Assembly: GCF_006345805.1 (NCBI RefSeq)
Contig: NC_043003.1
Span: 47,120,001-47,184,000, forward strand
Direction: 5' to 3'
Length of the DNA: 64,000 bases
Origin: Octopus sinensis
Taxonomy: Eukaryota
The translations under genes and the position numbers were made by a program. This document shows positions 38,561 through 52,185 of the stretch, piece by piece; the first letter of the stretch is position 1; the number at the start of each line of letters is the position of its first letter. The notes beneath the pieces were generated by a model. It did not search any database and had not been told where the DNA came from. It saw only the letters and a program-made list of their open reading frames with translations.

Positions 38561-40479
38561 CCTGAACTAACTGGCGTCAAAAATACTTTATTAGAGACAA
38601 TAAAAACTGCATGTATATTTAGCCTTAGTTGTAAAACTAACATTCAATATGTAAGATTTATACTATCAAAATTATTTTCCTAATAATGGTGGATCGGTCA
38701 TGAATTAGACAAGGGCTTTGACAATGTAAGTAAATGGAAAGTGTGTAATGGGAAAGGTGTAGCAAAAGATGTTGAGGTAGCAGATGAAATAGGCATGTGG
38801 ACGACATCAAGGTAAAACAATGGGAAAGCATCGGATTGTGATTTAAATAATTTATTTAATCGACACTTGCATTTACTTGTTGTATACACCAAAAAATTCA
38901 CTTCATGACACTACCAACGTGTTTCGAGTTGGCGAAGAAGAAATAAACAGGGGAAATACTCTGTCGATATGATGAGTTAGAACCTGTCGTGTTTTGTGTC
39001 TGTATGTGCGTTGGTTATTCGGTGGTGTCTGTTTATGTTCTGCGACTGCTACTGTGTTGTGTCATACATGCTGAATATGTGGTTCTATGTTGGCTGCTTG
39101 ACTGACGCAAGTTACTAGCTGGCTGTCTCTTGACAGTTCGCCTGGTGATGGCTATCGGTCTCTGTCGTATGTCTGACTGTCGTATGTCGTATATTCATGA
39201 TAGCTAGAAGGACAGACATACCACAAGAGTAATTTCTATCTTTGTAGGTCGCCTCCTGTCCACTTGAACCTTAAATGACACGAGTCAGGTCGTAGGTCGA
39301 AGGGAAATCCATCCATCACTTTTTGACAGGACAAAAAATTTCTTTCGCGTCTGTTTGACCAGTGGTGGATCAGACGAGCGAGAATCCTTAGATTCGATTT
39401 CGAATCGCAGCTCGGAAAAAGGAAGTGTTAGTTTTTACAATGTATCGAGGATAACATTATCTGAAGTATCCTTCCCAATTTTTTTTTCTTATTCAGTTGT
39501 GCGATGGTTCTCCACCTTTTGCATTTCATCGAATAGTGTTTTACAAAAGCCTCCTCATATTCTACAATAAATAAATAACAGAAGATTGTTTAAGCAAACA
39601 GAAGTTAATTATTGTAACGCTTTATCATCCATGTTTTCTTAAACTGTCTCTCAAGCATGTACTCCCTTTTTAGACATTTGGGTAGCCCAGCACCCCGTGC
39701 TAAATATTTTTGGAAATTATTTTTAAAAAAGCGAAAATATATAATGGAACTATATTTGAACTTGGCACAACATCCGTCCTGTTTCTATCCAAATATATCT
39801 TTTGAAATTATCTTTAAAGTATAAATATCGTATTTAGTTCAAATATTTTATTTCTATAAGATAAAATCAAGAAAACTTCTAATCGATCAAGGGGCGTCAG
39901 AGAGTTCCCTTGACATTTATTACCCCCTTTATGAGCTTACAACGTCTCAAAGAGAGTACTACTGCCCAGCCTAGAACCTACAACAGTAAGGTATGATTTG
40001 ACTGTTATTTCTAGCATATCGAGTGACCAGCCTAGCGACCCCTAGTTTGCTGGCAAAAGTTTCGATCTGAACCTTGTTGGGAATAAAAATTGGCAGTGCG
40101 GAGCGATAAATTGATGCTGCGGTGTTCTGGTTATTAGACAGAAAAAAAATATATAAAAATGAACTGGCAAATTATCAAAACCTAATCTACTAATTGACAT
40201 GACGCTGAATTAACTGCGTTTTAATTACAATGTGTGAGATAACTTGGTAATAAAACCGACATAGACTAGAGGTGGGGAGAGTATTTACACAAAGAGAGCG
40301 AGAGTGATTATACATAAGAGAGAGAATGAGAGACGATTGATGTCTGGGGATTAATCAATGCGAATTGAGAGAAACAGAAAGTTGAAAGACACGTAGATGT
40401 CGAGTATAACAGACAGATATGAATCAATTCATTTGAATTAACACTATTATCAAATATATTTCTCAAATTTTAATTATTA

Positions 40480-40988
40480 CCGTAAATCCTCGAGAATAGT
40501 CCGCCCTTGAGTATAATACGCAGGGGATTTTTAGGGGTCTGTACCTCTGAAAAACCTAAACCTTGTGTATAATACGCACCTTTTCTCTATAGTCAAGGAG
40601 GTCTTTATAACGTCCTTGGTTTGTAAAAATGTATACGGTAACGTCCTTTATATATTATTGTATATATTACATAATGCAAGCGTCTAGCTTTTTTGTGCAT
40701 TTTGTTTGCAGAAAATAAAGAAAGAACAGTAATAATGCTTAATAAATGTTGCTTACTGCAAGTTATGGATGATTCTTTTATGACTTCCTTGCTTTCAGGC
40801 TTAGCTTAAGGTATTTTCGCGCCCGACATCACAAAATGCGTCTGAATAAACATTGCCGGACAGCAAACAGAGACTCGGACATTGCTTAGAAAATATTTTT
40901 CATTTTCAACCTCGTATATAGTACGCACTAGGGATTTTGACCTTTAAAATTTGGAGGGAAAATGCGGATTATACTCGAGGATTTACGG
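40480..40988. mobile_element. pogo/Tigger-like MITE
   Basis: TA-CCGTAAATCCTCGAGAATAGTCCGC ... GCGGATTATACTCGAGGATTTACGG-TA; subterminal TATAATACGCA repeats. Confidence 0.88.
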
Positions 40989-41025
40989 TATATTGTGATT
41001 GTATTTCACAAAACACACACACGAC

Positions 41026-41710
41026 CAGTGGCGGCTCGTAGATAAAATTAGTTGGGGTACTACTTCAGAAAATTTTTAGCCGATGTTTTAATATTGTGTT
41101 AAAGAAACAAACATATAAAAAGAAAATTTATACATAAACTTGATCGGTTCGCGTTTTCGCCATTGCCGGGTAATGTGCTTAATTTGCTCACTGAACATCG
41201 CCACGAATTCCCCCTTGTTTTTAAAAAAATTCCCCCTAAATTACAAAATAAGGGTGGAAATCTCTTTTTCAAATCCTGGTAGCAACACTGAAGCTGGAAG
41301 CAGGATAATAATCTAATTCTACACTTTATCATATTCAAGAATATAAACACGTTTTTAAACTGAACATACGCGGAGTCAAAAAGAAACACTACTTTTCAGC
41401 AGCACTGCATGAACCACAGTGTTCTCTCTCCGTAGTGTGAGGCTTCCTATCTCGGACATGTGAGCATGCACGCAACAGCCGAACAACGCGTCGCTGGAAC
41501 TGTGAAGCGCACAGTTTTATACAAGGATTTTTGTATTTTTTTCATAAACTAGGGGATGGCTACTGGCGTTAAGCTTAAGGATTATATAATGTACAAGTAT
41601 AAGGAAAGAATTAATGAAAAAAGGACTCATTATATTAAGTGTTATCGATAATATCGAGTGGAAATGGAGGGTGCTACAGTTCCGCAATGCCTATATACGA
41701 GCCGCCACTG
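41026..41710. mobile_element. hAT MITE
   Basis: 15-bp TIR CAGTGGCGGCTCGTA / TACGAGCCGCCACTG; 8-bp TSD CACACGAC / CACACGAT (7/8). Confidence 0.9.
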
Positions 41711-41838
41711 CACACGATATATGTATTGTTTTACTTTGAGCCTTGAGGTATCTTTGAGCAATTGCCCGCCAGCCTCACGTGTCTGGAGGCATAATGCTAA
41801 TCGTACGTATGATTTGGTTGTAATATGTAGGAGCCCCA

Positions 41839-42050
41839 AAGTCGGTGAACTGTCAGAATTGTTAGCACGCCGGGCAAAATCTTAGCGGTATTTCGTCCGT
41901 CTTCACGTCCTGATTTCAAATTCTGCCGAGGTCGACTTTGCCTTTCATTCTTTCAGGGTCGATAAAATAGGTACCAGTTGAACACTGGAATCGATTTAAT
42001 CGGCTTAGCCCCGCTCCAAAGCTGCTGGCCTTGTGTCAAAATTTAACACC
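41839..42050 (+). mobile_element. Type A SINE
   Basis: Family consensus match; boundaries approximate. Confidence 0.85.
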
Positions 42051-42523
42051 AATATGTAGGAGCCGCAGTGCATTGCTTTGCACGGAGGCTTGTGATGCTT
42101 TTAAGACGACCCTGATTCCGACCCCAGGTCGTTGATGAATTCGTGGCGACTCCACCACGACTTACAGCATGATGGGAGCATTTAAGCCAGGTGAAAGCCA
42201 TCTCTGTTCAAATTTGAACATAGTCAATTTCTTCCAACATAGAAAGGGAGAGAGAGAGAAAGGGAGGAGAGAGAGAGACAGGCAGATAGAAAGAGAGGAT
42301 AAACTAAATCAAATATGAAAAATAAAATATATTTTAAAACATATGAAATATATTTTAAAATATATAATAAGTATACTTATTATATATTGTTTATTCATTT
42401 TTGTACTTTTTGTGATCCAGTTATGTTTTTAAATATATCTTATTTTTTATTTATGATTTGGTTTATGTCTATCATTGTTTGAATTGCATAATAGTGGTTT
42501 TTCTCTAATTTGTATATATATAT

Positions 42524-42558
<35 letters not shown>

Positions 42559-43269
42559 TGCGGTAGAAAGGTCGCCCCGATTTCAAAGGTTAATGAAAAA
42601 CAATTGTGACAACCTTTCTGACGCACCCTGTATATAATATATTTATGCTCTCCGTTCCGCGGAGTGAAGACGGATATCGTAGCTTGTCACAGCCTAACTG
42701 ATTTATCGACCAGTAGGAAATGTGAATAAAATCATTTAAACAGTTATCGTGTCTTTTCTTTCTTTTTCCCCTTCCTTTATGGACTTTATTATTCTCTAAA
42801 ATGAGATGACCACTATCGGACAACTGCTTGGTTAGAACTCACTTGAAAATAAGCAACAATAGTTACGAGAGATTCTAACATAATACGTAGTTGTATTTTT
42901 AATGTGTAATATGTAACAAAGGCACTTCAATAATATGTACTTATCTGCACTACCTCGCATGCAATAAGATAACCTATATATTATGATCGATCGATCTGCT
43001 TTCCAGATCACTCCATACCATCTTAAACAAGGAGAGACATTATGGATAATCTATGCTACATATCCTTAAAACAGTGGGGTGATTACATACAATGAGCTTA
43101 CAATATGGGCTCCGATTTCAACATCAAGAATATAGTATGTGTAAGGTGGCTATTACAGGTATACTCAAAAAGCAATGATTCTGAGAGTGTTTGTGTATGT
43201 ATATATGTATGCATGTGTGTGCGTGTGTGTGTGTAGTTGTGTGTGTGTGTGTGTGTGTGTATGTGTGTA

Positions 43270-44465
43270 GAAGGCACATGGCTCAATGGTTAGAACATCG
43301 AGCTCACAATCATAAGGTAGTGAGTTCGATTCCCGGGGACCGGGCAGTGTGTTGTGTTCTTGAGCAAGACACTTTATTTCACATTGCTCCAATTCACTTA
43401 GCTGTAGTAATGAGTCGCAACGTCACTGGTGCCGGGCTGTATCGAAATTTGTCTTTCCCTTGGATAACATTGGTGGCGTGGAGAGAGAGGGGAGACGGAT
43501 ATGCATGGGCAACTGTTGGTCTTCCATAAACAACCTTGCATAGACTTGTATCTCGGAGGGGAACTTTCTAGGTGCAATCACATGGTCGTTTATGACCGAA
43601 GGTGAGGTCAACATGTATGTTTGTGTGTGTGTGTGTGTTATACTATGGCAATCCCTCAAGGTCGAGGATGATGGTATTCGCGTAAAAGGCGGCGAGCTGG
43701 GAGAAGCGTTAGCACGCCGGGCGAAATGCATTGCGGTATTTCGTTTGCCGTTACGTTCTGAGTTCAAATTCCGCCGAGGTCGACTTTGCCTTTCATCCTT
43801 TCGGGGTCGATAAATTAAGCACCAATTACGCACTGGGGTCGATGTAATCGACTTAATACCTATGTCTGTCCTTGTTTGTCCCCTCTATGTTTAGCCCCTT
43901 GTGGGTAATAAAGAAATAGGTATTCGCGTAAATTTATTGGTGAGTCCGCAGGTGACTGATAAGACCAATTCTTGCTTGAAAAGATCGGTCACAGTGCGGA
44001 CATCTAGTGCCGGAAGGGAGAGTCGCACGTGGTTGTTGTTGGCGCTCCTTCCGTCGTCGTCTTTTCTCCTCCAGCTCTGCAGACCTTTTCGACTCGAAAT
44101 GTGTTATATACACACATATATAAATATATGATACATATACATGTGCATCATGTGAAGGCGTGTGGTCAGGGCATTTAGCTCACGATCGTATGGTCGTGCG
44201 TTCGATTCCCAGCGACGCATTGTGTCTTTGAGCAAGACACTTTATTTCACGTTACTCCAGTTCATTCAGCTGGCAAAAATGAGTAGTACCTGTATTTCAA
44301 AGGGCCAGCCTTGTCACTTTATGTCACGCTGAATCTCCCCGAAAACTACGTTAAGGGTACATTGTGGCTGTGGATTGCTCAGCCACTTGCACGCTAATTT
44401 CACGAGCAAGCTGTTCCGTTGATCGTATCAGCTGGAACCCTCGTCGTCGTAACTGACGGAGTACT
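43270..44465 (+). mobile_element. SINE cluster: tRNA-SINE (~43270-43605), type A (~43686-43920), type C (~44155-44465)
   Basis: tRNA-like heads GGCACATGGCTCAATGGTTAG...GAGTTCGATTCCC, AAGGCGGCGAGCTGG and GGCGTGTGGTC...GTTCGATTCCC. Confidence 0.8.
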
Positions 44466-44877
44466 CCTATTACATGTGCATGCATTCATACATATGTATA
44501 TGCATATATATACATATATACATGCAGATATATGTGCGTGTGCGTGCGCGCGTGTGTGAGTGAGTGAGTGTGTGTGTACTGCTTGTACTTCGTAGCGAGT
44601 CGACTAACGAACTCAGAGGACGTTAAAACATTAAAACAGGCATGTGTAAGTGGCCGTTTGCGCAAGGAGTTTGTATAAATATAGAGAACATACTCTCTAT
44701 GTGCGCAAAATGCAAGTGGGTCTGCATCACATGTAACATATAGGCAAATCTGAAGGATGGATATGCCTTCGTGCAAGTGAGTCTGAAGAAAGTTTACTAC
44801 ATGCAACCTAGCAAAAAAAATGTCACACGCGTAATAGTTACTGAAGCTGCAACGTGTATGCATAATAAACGTTATAT

Positions 44878-45143
44878 GTGTAAGTATAGCCTGTTGTGTC
44901 TGGGGAAAGTCATTTTCTTTTTGTGCCTTATAATTTAATACACTCACCGGTAAAATTTTCACTTATTTCTTATTTTTATTTTCCTAAAATTTTCGTTGCG
45001 TCTTGCAACTTTTTCAATAGACTTGAAGGAATCTATAGGTAGTTGCTTGATGTGCTAAAAATTTTACCAGTGAGTGTGTTAAATTATAAGGCACAAAAAG
45101 AAAATGACTCTCTCCAGACACAACAGAATATGCTTCAATACAC
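44878..45143. repeat. Foldback inverted repeat (MITE-like)
   Basis: Arms 44878-44959 and 45057-45143 (GTCATTTTCTTTTTGTGCCTTATAATTTAA / TTAAATTATAAGGCACAAAAAGAAAATGAC). Confidence 0.88.
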
Positions 45144-45963
45144 GAACTCACATAAAGAATTTTGCAAAACCAAATCCAAAAACGAAATGCAAGTATAACG
45201 TTATACATGCATGTATATATTAACTTTTTTAGTATAGATGTGTAAAAGTTTATAATTCCCGGAGATGTTCTCTGGTGAAAAGTGGGCCGGTTTATAAAGT
45301 AAAACATTGTACAGCTGCAAAAGGTTTTGGCAGCTATGTTGAGCATGTGAGTTCGCGGTATTTTTTTTTTTTTTTTTTTTTTACTAGGGCTGATACTTCC
45401 TCTTTTCTTGCCCTACCTATTGCAACGATCGACGACTACCAGTTACACTACTGGTTCTGGGTAACGTCGATAGTTGCATTGATGAGTCGTAGCACAGTCA
45501 ATCTCAGCTTCACTGCAAGCCTGGCAGCTGCCGCCGACAATGCCAGTTGCTAAAGCTTGTAATGATTCATCGATGTTTGTTCATTTAATATCGGTCTAAT
45601 TTACTGATTGGTTAGAAAAAAAATTATGTAGTAAGCTCGTATTTGTGCCGAAATGATGCACCACTTAACTGGTCCAAAACGTTAATTGATTGATCGAGAA
45701 AGCTGCATAATCAGCTCTCGTCTTTTAAATAGTACAATTGTTTTTGTTATTGCTATTGTTGTTCGAACCTGGATCAACCGTGACAATCTCCCCTTTTTTT
45801 CTTCTTTCTTGGGGTACTGTGTATCAAAGTGTACATTATTCAGCATATTAGACACTACATTGTCCAATGTGTTATTCCTTTTTTTAAGATAGTACAGTGT
45901 TACTTAACTGCTATTTCTAGCACATCAAGCAGTTACGTATAGGTTCCTTCTTTACATCGTATA

Positions 45964-47262
45964 ACTGGTACTTATTTCATCGATCCCGAGAGGATAAAAG
46001 GCAAAGTCGACCGCGATGGAATTCGAACCCAGAAAGCGAAGCCATGAGAAATGTTGCTAAACATTTTGTCCGACGCACTAATAATTCTACCAGCTTGCCG
46101 TCTTAAAGAATCCTTTCTATTTATAGGCACGATGGATGGGATTTGGGTGGGGGGTGACTTGTTGATTACTTCGACTCCAGTCTTCAAGCGGTACTTATTT
46201 TATCGACCCTCAAATGATGAAAGGTAAAATCGACCTTGGCAGAATTTGAACTCAGAATGAAGAGATGGACGAAATGCCGTTAAACATTCTGCCGGGCGTG
46301 CTCGCCGCCTTGCGCTCTTAATTAATATTGGTTTCAAATTTTGGCACAAGGCAGTAAGTTCTGGGAACAGGGAAGTCGATTACTTTGACTTATTTTATCG
46401 ACCCAAGAAGGGTGAAAGGCAAAGTCGACCTCTGCAGAATCTGAACTCAAAGCATAAAGGCCTGACGAAATGCCGCTATGCATTTTGCCCGGCGCGCTAA
46501 CGATTCTGCCAGCTCACCGCTTTAAGCCCTTAATCTTGATAATCCTTCCTGTTATAGGCACAAGGCCTGAAATTTGGGGAAGGGAGATAGTCGATTACAT
46601 CGATCCCAGTACTCAACTGGTACTTAATTTATCGACCCCGAAAGGATGAAGGGTAAAGTCGACCTCGGCGGAATTTGAACTCAGAACGCAGCGGCAGACG
46701 AAATACCTATTTCTTTACTACCCACAAGGGGCTAAACATAGAGAGGACAAAGAAACGGATTAAGTCGATTATATCGACCCCAGTGCGTAACTGGTACTTA
46801 TTCAATCGACCTCGAAAGGATGAAAGGCAAAGTCGACCTCGGCGGAATTTGAACTCAGAACGCAACATCAGACGAAATACCTAGGGGCGGCGTGCTGGCT
46901 GAATTATTACCATACCGGGCAAAGGGCTTAGCGATATTTCGTCCGACTTCACGTTCTAAGTTCAAATTCCACTGAGGTCGACTATGCCTTTCATCATTCC
47001 GTGGTCGATAAAATAAGTAGTTGTTGAACACTGAGGTCTTCACTCCTCTGGGCGCGGTCCCAGGAATTTTTCGAAAGGAGGGCACAAGGTCAGACGGGAA
47101 TACAATTCCAGAAGAAAAGGGCGTAATAACATTATTTAGAAGGGGATACACTTCTTTTCTTGAGGGGGGGGGGCACATGCCCCCTCAGGATCCCCTCCTC
47201 TTGGGTCCACCCCTGCCCTCCCCGAAATTGCTGGCCTTGTACCAAAATTTGAAACCAATATT
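45964..47262. mobile_element. Dense array of about six type A SINE copies (five -, one +)
   Basis: Repeated GAAAGGCAAAGTCGACC...GGAATTTGAACTCAGAA cores. The last copy (+, from ~46885) is split by a ~165-bp GC-rich insert at ~47050-47215. Confidence 0.85.
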
Positions 47263-48879
47263 ACGTAAGATTACATGAAGCGACAGCCAGTGTATTTTTT
47301 TGACGTAAGCGAAATTGTGATTTTTCCCGTCTATTTATAGAAATTATTATCGAGTTTATATTTGCCGAGGAGAGATAAATGGCGATAGACATCAAGCAGA
47401 CTGGGATGTATTGACAGAGGAAGTCACGAGAATTACTGACGTAAAAAGAGAGAGGCGCAGAGAGAGAAAGAGAGGGAGAAAGAGAGGAGAGAGGAACTAT
47501 AGTTTCTTACAGTCGTTCTCGTAGCCGTTGTTGTAACAAATACAAACATGTAGTGGCATTCGTTTTTGTGTTGATGTGGGGGATGGTTAAGTATTACTGC
47601 TGGTTATGTGTATTTTTTTTTTTTTTTAGTTGGTTGTTCGGTCTTTGTATTAATCAGAACGTACTGCGTGAACTAAAACTGACCCGTTCACTTCTTTAAC
47701 ACTCAGTGCAAATGTCATGACATGGCGAGAATTCATAGCAAATAAAATGTGGATTTGACTAAGAAAATGTGGATTTGATCCGACCACAAAGCAGAAACTT
47801 TTTGTTGTAAGAGTTGTTTTGTCTTTGGTTTTGGTTGTCTTCTTCTTGCTTGTTTTTCCTCCGTTTTTTTTTTTTTTTTTTTTTTTGAGGGGTGGGGTAC
47901 TCGTTTCAGTCTTTAGACTACGGCTATGCTGGGGCACAGCCATGAAAGGTGTTAGTCGAACAAATTGACACCAGTACGTAATTCTTCGAGTCTGAGTCTG
48001 GTGCTTATTCTATCGGTTTTTTTGATGAACTGATAACTTGCGGGGACGTAACCAAACCAACACTGGTTGTCAAAGGCCATGGAGGACATCACAGACACTA
48101 AGACATATACATACATACATACATACATACATACATACATACATACATACATAGGTATGCACGTACGTGTGTGTGAGAGAGAGAGAAAGAGAGAGAGAGA
48201 GAGAATAAGGAATAGCTTTCGAATTCCTAAGCCAGGATTCGAAACCGAATCTACATTTTTCTACACGTTTTCTGCCTCCTGTTTTCGCCTGTTGCACTAG
48301 GAAATTTATAAAAGTAAATTGGCCTCAACCTTTTCGAGACATGCATGGGTCAAAACTGATACACTGTTTAACCTGACCTGCTTCAGTTAGAGAAAATACA
48401 AATGCGTAACGAAAAATCGGTTCTCTATCTTTGGTCCCTTGGCCTCTCTGATTAGAGAGCATCCCTCTTCTTTCTTCTTTATCCCGACGCCAATGGAGGA
48501 AGCACCTTTATGCGAGGGACAACACAGCTCTGACTTTTTTCTATCTGCCTTCATTCTTTTGCTCTTTCTCTCTCTCCGGGAGAGACCCACAGATGAAATT
48601 TATCAACGGAGTGGACTAAAATAATTTGTGTTCCTCAACTCAGACAACTCGAAGTAGTTGTAATTTACATTGTAACGATGACGATAATAAATAAAAAGCC
48701 ATTTCAACTAAGAATTAAAATATCTTTCACTCATTTATTCGGTACATAATATCGTAACACATAATCATTATAATTGGTGACCTTTGATGTTTATTAACTA
48801 TTAAAATTAGATCTTACAACTCTGTTACAAAATTGGTGACTTCCAACGTTCATTGATCGTTACACTTAACAGTTTTACA

Positions 48880-48925
<46 letters not shown>

Positions 48926-48938
48926 TGTGTGTGTGTGT

Positions 48939-49240
48939 GGAGGCGCAAAGGCCCAGTGGTTAGGGCAGCGGACTCGCGGTCGCAGGATCGCGGTTCGATT
49001 CCCTGACCGGGCGTTGTGAGTGATTATTGAGCGAAAACACCTAAAGCTCCACGAGGCTCCGGCAGGGGGTGGTGGTGATCCCTGCTGTACTCTTTCGCCA
49101 CAACTTTCTCTCACTCTGTCTTCCGTTAGCCTGCTCGCTTAGCCTGCGGGGTAGCGTCATTTGAAGGCTAAAACAATGCGAAGCGCATTGTGACCAGCGA
49201 TGTGTAGCAACATCTAATAGCCTGGTCGGTCACGGTGATC
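48939..49240 (+). mobile_element. tRNA-derived SINE
   Basis: GGAGGCGCAAAGGCCCAGTGGTTAGGGCAGCGGAC...GGTTCGATTCCC head, then a non-tRNA body. Confidence 0.85.
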
Positions 49241-50691
49241 ACGATGATATATATATATATATATTAATAAATAAAATAAAACATATGCATATACATAAAC
49301 ATATATGTACGTACCTACCTCTACATGTACATATACACGCATATATGAGTACATGACACCAAAGGGACGTCGAACACAATGAGAAACGAAAACATAGACA
49401 CAAACCAAAGGAACTGGACATTGTTTTAAACAACAAAAAATAGAGTACAGGACAATTAACACAAAGAAAAAACCCCGGTATGTATATGGGGTTATAATCC
49501 AGTCTATGTCCTCGTGAAGCACATCTTCTTATTCTAGTTTTCCAAAGAATATTGGTAGATTTTATGATCCATATGAGTGTTGCCAACACTGGAGAATACC
49601 GTTAAATGCAAGATGATATTTATTGCAGAGTAATTACATATTAAAAAAAACTGAAAATTTTGGTATTATTTATTTCATATTACATATTTCTTTACCAACA
49701 GGAGTTACATAAGTGTACATGTTGATAAAAACATTTGATAAAGCTCCAATCAGCAAGTCAGTGATAGGCAGTGGCTCACAAACTTTTTCGGGCTGTCGCC
49801 CCCTTGGCACCTCGACCACACTCCAAGCGCCCCATCTTAACACTATTTACCACCACAAATATAGATTACTTTCTGCATCAACTTTCAAAGCAAAAAAATC
49901 AAACTTAACCTAATTATTATGTTGTTTTTCCATCCATTACTCCATTTTGGTCACCCATTATCATCCCCACTTTTCTTTAGCCACCCCATTCCCCCACTGG
50001 GTCTTTCTACCGCCCCCAGAAAGAGCAGTACCGACCACTTGGGAAACTACTGAGATAGAGAATGAATAAGCGTGCGCGTGTATGTGTGTGTGTGTGTGTG
50101 TACACGGCGGGCTTCCACACAGTTTCCGACTACCAAATTCGCTCACACGGTGTTGGTCGACCCAGGGACATAATAGCAAAAGACAATTGCCCGGTGTGCC
50201 GCACAGTGGGGCTGAACCTGAAACTGTGTGTTATGCATGAATGTTTATTATTTAATCACACCATGGACGAACACTGCCTGCACATTAGTCTAGCCATATT
50301 ACAACTAACTTCTGGTTTGTGCTTGCTTTAAATAGCGATTTACTCCAAATTCTTTTCGTAGGCAGAACGATGAGTAGGATACTTGAGTTGTGTTGATTGA
50401 TCAACGAACCTTGAGTCAATTTCCTTTATTTTTCTGTGTGCGAAGAAAATAAGAAAATGATTTGCACCCGTTAAAGTTTCACAATATGCAAAAAAAAAAA
50501 GAGAGAGAGAGAAAACTATAGTCTAACTACTTCAAATTTATCTCAAATTGTTTAAAGAAATTAAATAATAGCTGAATGTTATGAATACCTACAGACTGAC
50601 TTCTCCAAACTTCTTAACAGCTTAATAAACAATCACAAATATATGAAGCAATTAATTGGACAGCTGAAAAAAATACAAAAACTATAGCCGA

Positions 50692-51063
50692 CTAGCAAGT
50701 ATCGCCCGGCGTTGCTCGGGTTTGTAAGGGAAATAACTATAAAGCATTTTTAGAGAGTTATAGCCAAAAAATGGGAAAAAAATGATGGTAATTTTTTTTT
50801 TAGTTAAAAAGGTCGAGTTACGTCCCCTAGACAGTCTGTGGTTTGTGTTTCTGATTCTCGACCCCATGTCGAATTTATCGATTTTTTTCAGAACTGGGGG
50901 AACTTTTCAAAATTTTCGCTGCGTTAGTTTTGAATTATGACATTGGGCTATGTGTGTGTCAAGTTTCATCAGAATCGGTTGAAAGCCATGGTCAGGGTGA
51001 GGGTACAACCTAACAGACACACAGAAACACACACAGACAAACTGCCGTTTATATATAGAGAGA
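50692..51063 (-). mobile_element. Short non-autonomous Helitron (372 bp)
   Basis: - strand: A|TCTCTCTATATATAAA...TTACAAACCCGAGCAACGCCGGGCGATACTTGCTAG|T; same 3' hairpin as 17520. Confidence 0.9.
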
Positions 51064-51499
51064 TTAAGCCATGTGTGTGTACGTGTGCGTATGTGCGTGC
51101 ATGCGTACGTACGTGTACGTATATGTTTGTGTGCGTGTATGTGTTTGCGTGCGTGCGTGTGTGTGCGCGCGCATTCGGTCAATGCACAGATACATTTCGA
51201 ACCTTTACAAAAAAAAAACTGATGTGTATCTGTTGAATTATGTCTGATTTTTAAAGGCTACAAAAACATCTTTTGACATCGAATGGAAAATTTTATATCT
51301 TGTAAAAGCATATGGCCTAACCACAAGGCGTATGGCCAACTCAAGATCATATAGTCGTGAGTTCAATTCCTGGACTGGGATGTGCTCTGTGTCCTTGAGC
51401 ACGGTACATGATTTCATGTTGCTCCAATCAATTCGGCCGAAAACTAGCCCTAGCCAATTGCTTGTACTCATTGCAGCTCCCTCTCTCTCTCTCCCTCTT

Positions 51500-51532
<33 letters not shown>

Positions 51533-51544
51533 CTATCCGAAATC

Positions 51545-51910
51545 ATCATAGTTGTTGGCATCCTTTTTGTCTCGGGAGACAATGGAGTTGCGCATAAAGT
51601 AGTCTAGTCCGGCTTTTACATTTCATGTCCTGATACATTTCCTGCTGTGGCTGTGTAGTCCTATCCTGGACAAACACTCTCTCTGGCAGGTACCGCAAAT
51701 GTAGCGAAGACTGTTCCTGGCTGGTTGTAATGCCATAGTTTCTTGTTGACGTCTTTTCTTGTCTTTCCATATACACAGCTCCATGATATTATGGCCTTCT
51801 CACACCGAGCTACTGTCGCAGTTCCCGAATCGTTTATATTTTGTACTGACTGCATAAATTATTAACTGGTGCTACCTACCCGTGTTCCTGGCATACACCC
51901 GACACACCAA
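51545..51910 (-). mobile_element. RTE-clade LINE 3' end
   Basis: - strand encodes YICGTCQRECLSRIGLHSHSRKC (~51633-51700), the C-terminal CCHC-like motif of RTE ORFs. Confidence 0.82.
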
Positions 51911-52027
51911 ATACCTTTTGTCTATTTCCCACCTCCAAATTCAGCCTTTAAACACACCTCACTGTCTCCGTTCCTGCAGTCCCCAATCTGAATCGCATTG
52001 TCACCCTTTCGATGAAATTCACAGCTT

Positions 52028-52059
<32 letters not shown>

Positions 52060-52185
52060 TTAGCGTCCGCTTTCCATGCTAGCATGGGTTGGACGGTTCA
52101 ACTGGGGTCTGGGAAGCCTGAAGGCTGCACCAGGCCCAGTCTGATCTGGCAGTGTTTCTACGGCTGGATGCCCTTCCTAACGCCA
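52028..52185 (+). mobile_element. Short interspersed repeat, type D ((CAT)n-TTTAACGTCCGCTTTCCATGCTAGCATGGG family)
   Basis: Related copies at ~63160-63310 and ~63577-63750. Confidence 0.75.

Noticed and set aside
49769-50052. hAT-like MITE (CAGTGG...CTACTG)
   Set aside because: Termini are only loosely complementary and the 8-bp flanks do not match; not supportable.
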